From: Patescibacteria group bacterium
GTDB taxonomy: Bacteria > Patescibacteriota > Patescibacteriia > SG8-24
Direction of reading: 5' to 3'
Assembly: GCA_028714475.1 (NCBI GenBank)
Contig: JAQTNC010000008.1
Coordinates: forward strand, 1 to 58,483
Length of the DNA stretch: 58,483 bases
Positions within the stretch are counted from its first letter, which is position 1; each line of letters starts with the position of its first letter. The translations under genes were made by a program, and so were the position numbers. The notes below the pieces were generated by a model. It did not search any database, was not told the origin of the DNA, and saw only the letters and a program-made list of their open reading frames with translations. Below are positions 33,343 through 44,100 of the stretch, one piece after another.

Positions 33343-34596
33343 TCAATTTCGCCCGCCAGCGAAGCCCTTGAACAAACGCTTCGCCTTCTCGATGAGGCCG
33401 GATGAGGCGAAGGCCATGGTGCCGCCGCGGCCGGCCGCCACCGCGTCGTTCATCCCCCACTGGATGAGGCCGATAGCCGTGGTGAAAGACAAATCGTTAA
33501 CGCGATCGGTGATGCTCGTGACGTTCAGCGGGTAGCCGAGCGAAACCGGCAGCCGCAACTTGTTCTTGGCGAGTTCCACCAATCCGGAAAGCTTGGCGCC
33601 GCCACCGGTGAAAACGACGCCCGCCGGCAGAAGGCCACTCCGGTCGATTTTCTTGAGTTCGTTGTCGATCCTCTCCAAGATTTCCTCCATCCGCGCCTGA
33701 ACGATCTGGCCGACGTACTTGAGGGAAACCTCCTCGTCGGAGTCAGACCCTAATTCTCGCAGGTTGACCTCCGCCTTCTTGTCCACGTCCTTGGCCACGG
33801 CGTAGGCGTGCTTCAGCTTGACCCGTTCGGCGATGTCAATGGACGTGCGCAGGCCGATGGCGATGTCTGCCGTCACGTGATCGGCGCCGATCGGCAAGGT
33901 GGCCAGATGCAGGATTTCCCCCTGCTCGAAGACCGCCAGGCTGGTCGTCGAACCGCCGATGTTGACGATGGCCACGCCGAGATCCTTCTGCCGCGCGGTC
34001 GCGACGCATTCGGCGGCCGCCAGGATGCCGAGCACCAGGCGCTCGATGTTGGCGCCGGTCCGGTAAACGCACTTGGTCAGGTTCTTGATGTGCGCCGTCT
34101 GCCCCTGGATGATCTGCGCGTCCACTTCCAGGCGAATGCCGGTCATGCCGACCGGATCCTTCACGCCCGCCTGGCCGTCCACGACGTAAGAGCGCGGGAT
34201 GACGTGGATGATCTCGTAATTGGTCGGCGTCGCGACGGTCTGGGCGTGATCCAGGGCCCGTTCCACGTCCTCCTCCCTGATTTCGCCGTCCGGCCGGGAA
34301 ACGGCCACCACCCCCTTGCTGACCTGGGAGGTGATGTAGGCGCCGGACAGGGAAACCCAAGCCGAGCTGACCGGGGCCCCGGTCATGCGTTCGACCTTCT
34401 CGATGCAGGATGAAACGGAAGACACGGCGTCCTCAATCGAATTGATGGCACCGCGGTTGATGCCTTCGGACGGCACTTCGGCCGCTCCGATGATATGCAG
34501 GCCTTCCCGGTCTCCGGCGGGCATGCGCTGACCGACCGCGATGCGGACGGCTGTTGAGCCGATGTCGATGCCGGCAAACAAGGTGTCTTTGGCCAT
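33343..34596 (-). CDS. ftsA: cell division protein FtsA
   Basis: FAGIDIGSTAVRIAVG... actin-like ATPase; located upstream of ftsZ. Confidence 0.95.
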   Translation of the reverse strand: MAKDTLFAGIDIGSTAVRIAVGQRMPAGDREGLHIIGAAEVPSEGINRGAINSIEDAVSSVSSCIEKVERMTGAPVSSAWVSLSGAYITSQVSKGVVAVSRPDGEIREEDVERALDHAQTVATPTNYEIIHVIPRSYVVDGQAGVKDPVGMTGIRLEVDAQIIQGQTAHIKNLTKCVYRTGANIERLVLGILAAAECVATARQKDLGVAIVNIGGSTTSLAVFEQGEILHLATLPIGADHVTADIAIGLRTSIDIAERVKLKHAYAVAKDVDKKAEVNLRELGSDSDEEVSLKYVGQIVQARMEEILERIDNELKKIDRSGLLPAGVVFTGGGAKLSGLVELAKNKLRLPVSLGYPLNVTSITDRVNDLSFTTAIGLIQWGMNDAVAAGRGGTMAFASSGLIEKAKRLFKGFAGGRN

Positions 34597-34613
34597 ATAG
34601 GAAGTGTTCCTCG

Positions 34614-34979
34614 CTATCGAAATAAGGCGCTCACGGGCGGCCAGAAGATGACCAACCCGATGACGACGGAACCGATGGCCGCGACCAAAACCGAAGCGGC
34701 CATGATGTCCTTGATATCCTCGACGTAATGATGAAGTCGCGGCTTGAGCAAATCTGCCAGCCGTTCGTACACGCTATTCATCAATTCTAGCACCAGCACC
34801 AAGACGGTCGCAAGCGCCAAAATGCCCCGTTCCGCCGAACTCAAGTCGAAAACGAACATGAGCACCAAGACCGCGGCGGCGGCGGCCGTTTCCAGACGAA
34901 AATTCGGCTCCTCGCGGAAGATCCGAACGAGGCCGCGCCAGGCATAAGTGAAGCTCCTGATTAGTTTGCGGGAATCCAT
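34614..34979 (-). CDS. dgkA: diacylglycerol/undecaprenol kinase (DAGK_prokar family)
   Basis: 121 aa, 3 TM helices; RSFTYAWRGL...ELMNSVYERLADL. Confidence 0.9.
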   Translation of the reverse strand: MDSRKLIRSFTYAWRGLVRIFREEPNFRLETAAAAAVLVLMFVFDLSSAERGILALATVLVLVLELMNSVYERLADLLKPRLHHYVEDIKDIMAASVLVAAIGSVVIGLVIFWPPVSALFR

Positions 34980-34983
34980 GGGC

Positions 34984-35033
34984 TAGTCATTAGCCGTTAG
35001 TCATTAGCTACTAGCGCTAATGACTAATGACTA
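34984..35033. repeat. AT-rich long imperfect hairpin
   Basis: TTAGTCATTAGC-TACTAGC-GCTAATGACTAA (12-bp stem) extended by TAGTCA/TGACTA, between ybeY and dgkA. Confidence 0.7.
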
Positions 35034-35044
35034 AAAGCTAAAGA

Positions 35045-35485
35045 CTATAAATATCCGGCCTTCATGAGCGCGTCCTGCTGGATGCGGAACATGACTGCTT
35101 CCTGACGCGGCGTGGCGTGGTCGTAACCGAGCAGATGCAGAAGGCCGTGGCAGAACAGCAGGGCGAAGTGATCGGCCGCCGGTCGCCCGATGCGCCGAGC
35201 GTCGCTGGCCATCCTGGCAGAACAGACGACGACGTCGCCCAAGAAGACCGTGGGGCCGGCCGGCAGGTTGCTATAAGGAGAGCCGAAGGATAACACGTCG
35301 GTCACGCGGTCTTGTCGGCGGTGGCTGCGATTCAGGCGACGGATTTCCTTCTCCCCCACCACGGCCAAGGCCACCTGGAATTTTCCGACCCGTCCGACCT
35401 GGCGGAGCACGGTTTCAGCCAGTCTTTTTATGGCTGACGCGTTGATTCCTTTCGGTAGTCGCCCCGAGATGTCCACAGTGACCAT
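35045..35485 (-). CDS. ybeY: rRNA maturation endoribonuclease YbeY
   Basis: HGLLHLLGYDH metal-binding motif. Confidence 0.93.
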   Translation of the reverse strand: MVTVDISGRLPKGINASAIKRLAETVLRQVGRVGKFQVALAVVGEKEIRRLNRSHRRQDRVTDVLSFGSPYSNLPAGPTVFLGDVVVCSARMASDARRIGRPAADHFALLFCHGLLHLLGYDHATPRQEAVMFRIQQDALMKAGYL

Positions 35486-35563
35486 ATGCGGCTAGTATAT
35501 CAGCAAAAACGCGCGGGGGCGAGGGGCGTAGACGCTTTCTTCTTGTCCGCGCAAACCCCCACC

Positions 35564-35622
35564 GTTCTGCCCCGAGCGGAGCGCAGCGGAGTCGAGGGGC
35601 AGGCCCTCCACGCGGGTCGGGC
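35564..35622. repeat. repeat-family member, inverted copy of 517-575
   Basis: 58/59 identity in reverse complement. Confidence 0.85.
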
Positions 35623-35722
35623 AAGAAATGCTTTTTTCCCTAAATTCATGAGGAATGCCCTCGGCTATTGGGTAAGATAACCAAAAAACAGCCCGTTTTC
35701 CGGGCTGTTTTTAGCGATTCTT

Positions 35723-36946
35723 TCATTGCCCCGCGGCTGGTTGTCCGGTCGGCTCGGTCGCCGGCGGTTCGGCTGGAGCTGGAGCTACTGGTACCGGTGC
35801 CGGGCCGGTCACCTTGAGGCTGGCAATCAGCATCTGGAAGGTGGCCTTGTAGCGGATTTCCATCTGGTCGCCGAGGTTGTAGCTGACGACAAAGATGCGG
35901 CCGGGCGTGGCGATGAACGCCGTCATGCGGTCAGGGCCGATGATCTCCTCGTAGCCGTTGCGCGTCCGCAAGGACTGAACCTGGGAACTGCTCACGCCGG
36001 GCGACTTTTCCAGGAACCAGTCGATGATTTGCCGGTTCTCGGGATTGGCCTCGACCAGCACCTCGATAAACTCGCCGGTCGGCGCGGTGAAGTACGCTTC
36101 CTGTTCCTGATCGCCGTTGACCCTCTTCTGCCACGAGGACGGGTAAAGCAACTCGTAATTCTGGACGGTGTTGCGGTAGGTCGCGATGCCGGGGTTGTCC
36201 GCCAGCATGGAAGGCGACGGCTTGAGCGGATTGAACAGGTTCAGAACCTCGTTCACGTCCACGAACGAGTCGTGGTCCGTGTCCGGGTCGTTGGGATTGG
36301 TGCCGTAGATGGACGTCTCCTCGATGTCCGTCAGGCCGTCGCTGTCCGAATCCTTTGACGGCAACGGTTCTGGCGGTGGGCAGTCGGCCTGACAGGTCGC
36401 GTAAGTCTCCGGGCTTTCACATTTGCCGTCGCCGCAAGTCGGTTTGGGTTGGCAATCCTTGGCGCAGTTTTCCGCCGTCTCGCCGGCTTCGCACTGGCCG
36501 TTGCCGCATTCCGTCTTCGCCTGACAATCGGCCGAACAATTGTCGGTCGTCTCTCCGCTCTCGCACTGGCCGTTGCCACAAACGGTCTTTGGCGGCTGAG
36601 TCGGGGGCTGGTTAGTTATCGGCGGAGTGGCGGGTTTTGGCTTAACGTAGAGAAAATAATAAGCTGCCCCGCCACCGCCACCTAAAAGCAGGACGACAAC
36701 CAGGGCGATGATGACCGCCGACGAACCTTTCTTCTTTGCCCCGCCGGGAGCTGGCGGTTTTGGCGGCGCGGTCGGGGATTTCGGCGAGACGGTCGGCGGC
36801 GCTTTGGGTGCGTCAACGACGCGCTTCCTCAAGGCGGCACCGTAAAACTTGTCCGGAATGACGTGGATCACCGGTTCTGGCGCTGGCGTGGCGGCGTCGG
36901 CTGGCCGCTCCAGTTGGTTCGATTTTTCAGTGGGGTTGGTGGCCAT
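35723..36946 (-). CDS. membrane-anchored surface protein with CGNGxCE Cys-rich modules and TSP type-3-like Ca-binding repeats
   Basis: TM AVIIALVVVLLLGG. CGNGQCESGETTDNCSADCQ present 3 times. DSDSDGLTDIEE..NPNDPDTDHD. Confidence 0.8.
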   Translation of the reverse strand: MATNPTEKSNQLERPADAATPAPEPVIHVIPDKFYGAALRKRVVDAPKAPPTVSPKSPTAPPKPPAPGGAKKKGSSAVIIALVVVLLLGGGGGAAYYFLYVKPKPATPPITNQPPTQPPKTVCGNGQCESGETTDNCSADCQAKTECGNGQCEAGETAENCAKDCQPKPTCGDGKCESPETYATCQADCPPPEPLPSKDSDSDGLTDIEETSIYGTNPNDPDTDHDSFVDVNEVLNLFNPLKPSPSMLADNPGIATYRNTVQNYELLYPSSWQKRVNGDQEQEAYFTAPTGEFIEVLVEANPENRQIIDWFLEKSPGVSSSQVQSLRTRNGYEEIIGPDRMTAFIATPGRIFVVSYNLGDQMEIRYKATFQMLIASLKVTGPAPVPVAPAPAEPPATEPTGQPAAGQ

Positions 36947-36955
36947 AAGCCAGAA

Positions 36956-37618
36956 TCAAGGCTGGGGCGGCGCTTGCGGCACGCCAAACAGCTTGCCGGG
37001 GCCGTTCGGGTTATAGCCGTTCTTGACTTCGGCGCCGTCCTGAAAGCCGTCGCCGTCCGTATCCGGATTGAGCGGGTTGGTGTGGTAAATCTGAACCTCC
37101 TCGCGGTCCGTCAAGCCATCGCCGTCGGTGTCGGTCTTGGTTGGATCAGTGCCCAACTGCTGTTCTTCCGCATCCGTGAGACCGTCCCCATCTGTGTCCA
37201 CCGCCGGTGGAGGCTCGACGGCCGGCGGGGTGACGGCCGGTTCGGTTGGGGTGGTGGGTTGCTCGGTCGTTGGCGGTGCCGGTTGGGTGGGTTCGGTCGG
37301 CGCTGGCGTCGGGGTGGTCGGCTCGGCTGGAGCACTCGGCGCTGGTGTTTCGACAGGCGGCTGGTTCGTCGCCGTCTGGCTCGCTGGCGGTGTTACCTGG
37401 GGACGGAGGAAAAACCAATATCCGGCCCCGCCCAATCCGGCCAATACCACCAATCCGACCATCACGAAAATCAGCCACGACGGCCCGGCCACGGTCACTG
37501 GGGCAGGCACGGAAACAGTGGTCGGGGTATTCGGAACCGGCCCATTCGGCGCTGTTCTCGCCTTAAAGGGGTCGGTTTCCGCGAAGATGTCTGGTGGTTC
37601 CTGCACGTTGTCAAACAT
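36956..37618 (-). CDS. membrane-anchored Pro/Thr-rich protein with TSP type-3-like repeats
   Basis: TM WLIFVMVGLVVLAGLGGAGYWFF; DTDGDGLTDAEE, DTDGDGLTDREE, DTDGDGFQDGAE. Confidence 0.8.
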   Translation of the reverse strand: MFDNVQEPPDIFAETDPFKARTAPNGPVPNTPTTVSVPAPVTVAGPSWLIFVMVGLVVLAGLGGAGYWFFLRPQVTPPASQTATNQPPVETPAPSAPAEPTTPTPAPTEPTQPAPPTTEQPTTPTEPAVTPPAVEPPPAVDTDGDGLTDAEEQQLGTDPTKTDTDGDGLTDREEVQIYHTNPLNPDTDGDGFQDGAEVKNGYNPNGPGKLFGVPQAPPQP

Positions 37619-37798
37619 AATGACTGGTGATTGCTAGGCTATACTTATTATATTGCAACCCGTCATCCTTATCTCGCTTAAGTATAGCATGTCGAAGTGT
37701 CGGTTGGCATCGGGGCCTTGGGGCGTTGTTGGCGCTAATCAAACGAACATTCGGGTCACGGTCGCCGCCTGCGGCGAAACGTTGAACAATGACCTTTG

Positions 37799-38155
37799 CT
37801 AGCGGCCTCCCCCACGATTGCCCTTATGAGCCGCCTCTTCCGCCGAGTTCGTAAAGCCGCTCTGATTCCATATTTCCTTCTGGACGGCCGGGGTTGGCGG
37901 CTCGTCAGCGGCGTTTATCAGCTGCATGCCTGCCACTATGTCCCCTTCTTGGGCAGCGCCAGCGGCCGGTGAACCGCTTATCGCGCCGCCTGGGGTGCCT
38001 GGGCCGCCCGCTCCGCCGGGCAACTGGCTACTTGGCCCTCCGGCGGCAGGAGTCGGGACGGTCTGGCCGCGCCTGACCGCCATGACCGCGACGATGCCGA
38101 TGGCGACCAACAAAACCGCCGCCACGCCGATGATGATCATTGTCCTTTTTTGCAT
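37799..38155 (-). CDS. small N-terminally anchored protein, function unknown
   Basis: TM MIIIGVAAVLLVAIGIVAVMAV; starts 11 nt after the giant gene stop. Confidence 0.6.
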   Translation of the reverse strand: MQKRTMIIIGVAAVLLVAIGIVAVMAVRRGQTVPTPAAGGPSSQLPGGAGGPGTPGGAISGSPAAGAAQEGDIVAGMQLINAADEPPTPAVQKEIWNQSGFTNSAEEAAHKGNRGGGR

Positions 38156-38166
38156 ACGCTGGGATG

Positions 38167-41100
38167 CTAGGGTGTCGGTTTCGTGTCGCTTATCGTATTA
38201 GGCGCTGAAACCTGGTGCGGCCCGCTGGTCTTCATGATGTGGTGCCACACGTCCCAATACTTGCCGTTGTTGGTGGGCGGAAGGTACGGCCCGGACAACG
38301 CGCAGTCGGTATCAGAATTGCACCAAGTCGCGTAAACCTTGGCGTTCATGGCGGCGAACTTGTTCCGGCCGCAAGTAGCGCCGCAGTTATAGTCGTCCAC
38401 GTAGAATTTCCATATCGTGTCGTTTGGATGCGGCTGACCGCTCCAGTTCCAAATCATGATTTCCGGAGCCGTGCTGAAATCATTGCAGTCCTCCGTGCCA
38501 TTCTCATGATAACAGGAAAGGTACGCGTACGGATCGGCATCGAGCTTGCCCTGCTTGCCGGCGAAGAAGATTTCCCCGTAAGTCGAGTCCGGCGGCACCA
38601 ACAGGTGAGAATCCAGGTAGTCGCCGTTCAGGTTGCCGTCCCAAACCAGAGCCACCATCATGTGGTTCGCCGGCGGCTTGGGCATGAGGAAAACGTTAAC
38701 GTCAAAGGCCGACTGGCCGGGTTCGCTCACGATGTCGGGCGTGAAATCGTGCGAGAAGTACCCTCTCGTGTGACGGTCGGTCAGGGCCAGATAAATCGAG
38801 TATTTTGACGGGATGTCCCAACCGGGCTTGAACTCGTCAACCTGGACGATGGTCTTGCAGCGGTTGTTGCTCGTGTTGGGGCGCCTGATCTGTTGCGCGA
38901 AGCTGAACCGCCCGTTGCCGTCGGTCGTGGCAAACTCCCCGCCGGCGCCGCATTTGCTGCCGCCACCGCGGCTCGTGCATTCATCGTTGCTTTCACAGGG
39001 CATGCGGTCGCCATCGCAAATCATCGGCTGGACGCGGACGGTGGCTCCGGAGATCTTCTGGAAGCTGTAGACGGCGTCCATGACGGTGCCGGCCAGCGTT
39101 ATCTTTTCCGAAGTCGGCGTGTTGGAATCAGCCAGGACGCTCCAGTTGTCGTCAACCTTGTAGTTGCAGTCGTTGTCCTTGCCGTCACAGACTTCCGTCA
39201 CGGCGGACACGACGCGCGGCGTTCCGGTCGGGTTGCCGCTGTCGTCAACCTGCTGGGCGGAATAGGCGCCGTGTACCGTCTTATCAAGCGGCGCACAATC
39301 CAAGGCATCCGGCACGCCGTCATTATCGTCATCTGGGTCGCAGGCGTCGGTTATCCCGTCGTCGTCGAAATCCGAACCCTCGTTCTTGCACAAGGAGGTG
39401 TTTGGCATGGGGCAGGACCGCTGGCAGTTCTTGCCGCTGCAGACCGCGTCGCCGACGATGCGGCCGTATGCCTGATCGTAAGCCGTCGTGCTGACGCAGG
39501 TCCAGTTAACGAGATACTGCGGCTGGCCCGGTTCGCACTGTTCGAGCCCCGGCGGACGGAAAGCCGCGTCCTGCACGATGCTGTCGCCGCAATAGCCGCC
39601 GGAAACGGTCACGAGCTTGCAGGCGGTCGAACAGTGGTTGCAGGACAGGCCGTAAGGCGCCTCGCAGCGCTGGCCGTTCTTGGCACCGTCATCGCACTGC
39701 TCGCCTTTCGTGATGCTGACATAACCGTCGCCGCAAACCGCCTCCCGGCACATGTACGGCGGGTTCTTGAGCGGGTCAATGACGCAGGCGTCGCGGTTGT
39801 TGTCGTTGCCGTCATCGCACTGTTCGCCGGTCTCCTTGACGCCGTTGCCGCACTGGCCCGGCGCGGTGCAGCTCCAGTTGCCCCATTGGCAGGCGGCACC
39901 ATCGTCAGCGGTCGTGGCCGGATCGTTGGCCCCGCAGACGCGCCGCCATTTCCGTTCCGGCTTGGCCGAATCGCACGAAGCGCCGCACTTGTAGCCGTTC
40001 GGGCATTGGCTGTCTTCCGTGCATCCGTCCTGGATGTCACCGGCATCAGTCGTGTTCACGCACCGCTTGGCGTATTCCTCGGTCTCACCGTCGCACTGCT
40101 CCGATCCGTTCTTGACGCCGTCGCCGCAACGCGGCCCGACGCCGGTACAGTCCCAGGAGCAGGAATTGGCGTTGGCGCCGCCTCCGCCGCACTGTCCGCC
40201 AAACGACTGCAGAACGCCGTTCAGGCTATAGACGCCGTTGTTGTCGCCGCAATCGCAGGCCTCGTTCGGCTGTTTGACGCCGTCGCCGCAGGAGGTCCGG
40301 CCGGTGCCGAGACAGTGGGCATCGCAATGTCCGTAGGTGCCGTTCAGCGAGCCGTCATCGCAGGCTTCAGGATACTGGACGCGGCCATCGCCGCAAATCC
40401 CGGCTTGGCAGGCGCCGAAGCCGCCCCAAGCGCACTGCGGCGTGCAGGTTCGCTCACGGACGCCGACGCGGAAAGAATCCTCGTTCGGGTAAAGGAGAGA
40501 ATCGATCTGGCGCAGCGGCTTGCACGGGCCGACATTGGTGTCGCCGACCTTGCAGGAATTGTCGTCAGTACAGGATTTGGTCCGCTGCTTGTCGCACACC
40601 GCGAAGACCCGGCACTCGTTGTCGATGTCCGGCAGCGAATTCGGTTCACACATTTCCATGTTGGTGCAGACGCCGCGGCCGGCATCCCAAGCGCAGGTAC
40701 CCGCCGGCGAACAGGAGCCTTCGGAACCGCCGCACTCGCCCAACTGCCGCTGGACGACCCCATCTCCGCAAACGCCGCCGCGACCCATCTCGATGTCGCT
40801 GCAGTTGGCGACCGTGGTGTTGACGCCGTAAAGATTCAGGATGCCGCCGTCGGCGTACTGACAGGTGCCGGTGGCGTTATTCCAGGCGCAGCCGGGGGTG
40901 CCGCCGCAAGCGGCCAAATCGGTCTTCTCCAGACAGGTGCCGCCGCCCCAAGTCAGGTTGGGGTTAGGCCCGCACCAGTAGGTGTTCCAGGAGCAGAAGC
41001 CGTTCTGGTCGTTGTTGCAGGAGTTCGCGTCCCCGATCGGCAGGCAGCGTTCCGTGGTCAGCAGCTCAAAGTCGGCGTTAAGCGAGAAGTTGGTGCCGCC

Positions 41101-44100
41101 GGCCGACACGTATTCATAGATATGGGAACCAGCCGGACAAAGATAAACCTTGTTCGTGGCGTCCCAGCAGGTGTTCAGGTCATATTGGCCGCCATAGGAC
41201 AGCCGACAGTTCATATAGCTGTTGAGCGGGTCAATCGGCAGGCGGTCCATCCCCAAGTCCTTGGCCAACACCTCGGTCCACGACGGCCAGCCGCTGACGG
41301 TCCGGCCGCGCAGGTAGGTGCCGGCTTCCAGCCGCGGATAGGCCTGGCCCTTGAGGGCAACCAAGGTGCTCCGGAAGTTCAGCAGATCCGACCAGCGTTG
41401 CAGGTCGCGCCTCATCTTGGACTTGTCGGCCAAGCAGATGTTGCCGGCGCGGCCGTCCACGAAGCCGCCGGCGGCGTCCACGCGGCATTCCCGATCCGTT
41501 CGGCAGGAGATGGCGCGACTGGTGGCGTCAAGCGTCTGTTGGCCGTTCTCGTCGATGCAATAGCCGATGTCCCGGACATTGCGGTTGAAATCCATGTTGG
41601 CCAGGATGCGGTTGAACACGGCGACCGTCTCGGGCGTTGACCCTTCGCTGTAGGAAAGGATGTTGACGTTCGTGAAGATCTTGGTCGCGGTCTTAGCCGC
41701 GGCGTTCGCGTAAACGGTCCGCCCTTCGCGCACGGCCTCGTAGCCGTCCACGCTCGTCGGCGTCGGCGCGCCAGTGAAGCCTTGGCTCAAGTACCAATCC
41801 GACACGCTCATGTGCTTGGGGTTGGTCATGATGCGCAAGCCGATGGCGTTCTTAGCCCACTCGGCATCCGGCGACACGCCCGTCAGGTCGTAGGTGAAGA
41901 GGTATTCGCGGTAAATGTCCGGCCGAGTCGGCGCGATGCGGATAAGCCGCTCCTCGTTGAGCGCCGGCAGAGTTTCGGTTTCCGCGCCGGCCTTCTGCCC
42001 GTCACGGCAGTAATAAAAGGAAAGGTTGGTGTCCGGATCGTAGAACGGGAACCAGACGAATTCGTTCGGCAGACAGTCCTGGCGGTTGTAGTCGCCGTTC
42101 GCCTGCCGGTCCCACGGCAAGCTGATCTTGCCGTCGCTGTCGCAGGTGCGACGGCGCGGCCACGGTTCCTCGCAAAGCATGACCGTCACGCTGGCCGAAT
42201 CGCTGAAGGACAGCCGATCCACCTTGTCCGGCAGGCGCTTATAGACATTGGCCTTGACGGTCACGATGTCCTGCCCGTTCTTCGGATAGACGTCGCTCGA
42301 ACCGGCGGGCGCCTGGCGCCGCACGTTCACCCAGGCCTGGTTGGTCTGCGATGACGGGAACGAGCAGTCATCGGCGCAGGACGTCACCTCGCCGACGGAA
42401 CAGTAGCCGTCGCCGCATTGGGCGGGCTTGGCGTCACGGCAATCGGCGCTGTTCGGATCCTCGGCCACGCCGCAAACGCCCGCGCCGCACGAGGCCGGAC
42501 AGCGGCGCGTCGGGTCGTTGGAACAGGCCGGCATGTACTCGCAGACGCCGTTGCCCGCGGCCGGCGGGAGGTAGGTGGGGGTGATCTCGATGACGGAGTC
42601 AGGCGTCACCTGTTGCCATTCCCAGAAGAAGGAATATTCCGGCGTCGAGGCGATTTCGGCCTCATCGGTTTCGCCATGCGGATGGGCACGGGCGGCGAAC
42701 AACTCGTCGCCGTCAACCTTGTCCTTGGGATCCGGGGCATCGCCCAGGTTCTCGGCGGTGGTGAAGAGATGCGAGCCCGGTGCCACCGTCACGTAGTCTA
42801 TTTCGCAGATGTCGGCCTTCGTGCGGAAATGCGTCTGGAAGGAGGTCGGCATCGGCACGCCGTCACTGCCGGTCACGGCCTGTTCGGCCTTGGCGGTCCG
42901 CTGCCCAGGCGTGTCCGTGGCCAGGTAATCGTAGCCGACCGCCTTGACGCGATACCAAGCGTTGGGCTTCAGGGCCACTTTCGGATAGAAGGTGACCACC
43001 GAGCCGTTGACCATGACTTGACCGGGAATCGGGCAGTAAACCGCGTTGGCCGGAGGGTTGGCGGCCGCGACGCCCGGCACCAACGAGCGGAAGAACGACT
43101 TGATGGCGTTCCAGGCGCCCCGCAACAGGCTCGGTCGGCCGGTCGGGGCCTGGTCGGGGGATGACCAATCAAAGGCCAACGGCACGCGCGTGAGGCAGCG
43201 TCCGCCGGTGCCGCATTTCCCTTCATCAAGGCCGTTCGCGCCGGGCGTGCAGGAAACGTTCGGGTTGTCCTCGCAGATTGACGAACAGGTGCTGCCGGAA
43301 ACGTTCTCGGCGACGACGATGCCCTTGTTAACGCTCTCCTTCTTGATTTCGCGGTCGAAGGTCATCCGCACGACCGTATTGCGGCAGACCTTGTCGCGGT
43401 TGTCCGTCGGATAGGTTTCGCTGACTTGCGGCGTTGGGGCGCAACAACCGCCGGCGTCACAGCCGAGGTCGTTCGTGGGCGTGACGGTCTGGCCGTCGCA
43501 GTACTGTTGGGAGTCGCCGGTCTGGGCTATCTGCGGGCTGCGGCAGACGCAGGACATCGTCACGGTCGCCTGGCCGGCACTGGCAGGCGGCACACCCGTG
43601 AGCGTCGCGCTCAAGCTGTCGCTGGCGCTCACGACGCCCTGGGGCCGTCCGCCAACGATGATCTGGAAAGGATCGGCGTAAGGCCGGTTGGCGGTGGTTT
43701 CGCACCGAGCGTCCTCGCCGTCGCCAGCCGCGCCGTCGCCGCAGAAAGACGGGTTCGGGTAACGGAACGAGGCGCCGGCGAGCAGACATCGGCTCGTGCA
43801 CCACGGCGGCAACTCGCCGCCCACGGCTTCACATTTCTCGCCGTTCTCCGGAACGCCGTTGCCGCAACAATTATGGTAATTCGGGTCGCCGATGACCGCG
43901 CAGGGGCTGGTCCCTTTTTTCAGGCAGGTGGACTGGTCGCAGAAGATTGCCACCTGGCCCACGCCGAGATCACAGCCGTTGTCCTCGCCCGGTTCGGTGA
44001 TGCCGTTGCCGCAATAGTTGACGCAGGGCGCACCGGGCATCAAGGCAGGGTCGCTGCAGGAAGGCGCGGTTCCCTCGTTCAGACAGTCGGCGCCACAGCC

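Noticed and set aside
38893-41640. 915-aa plus-strand ORF (similar cases at 41782..42354, 43426..44571 and others)
   Set aside because: It is antisense to the giant gene and has the same Arg/Ala/Gly-rich artefact composition.
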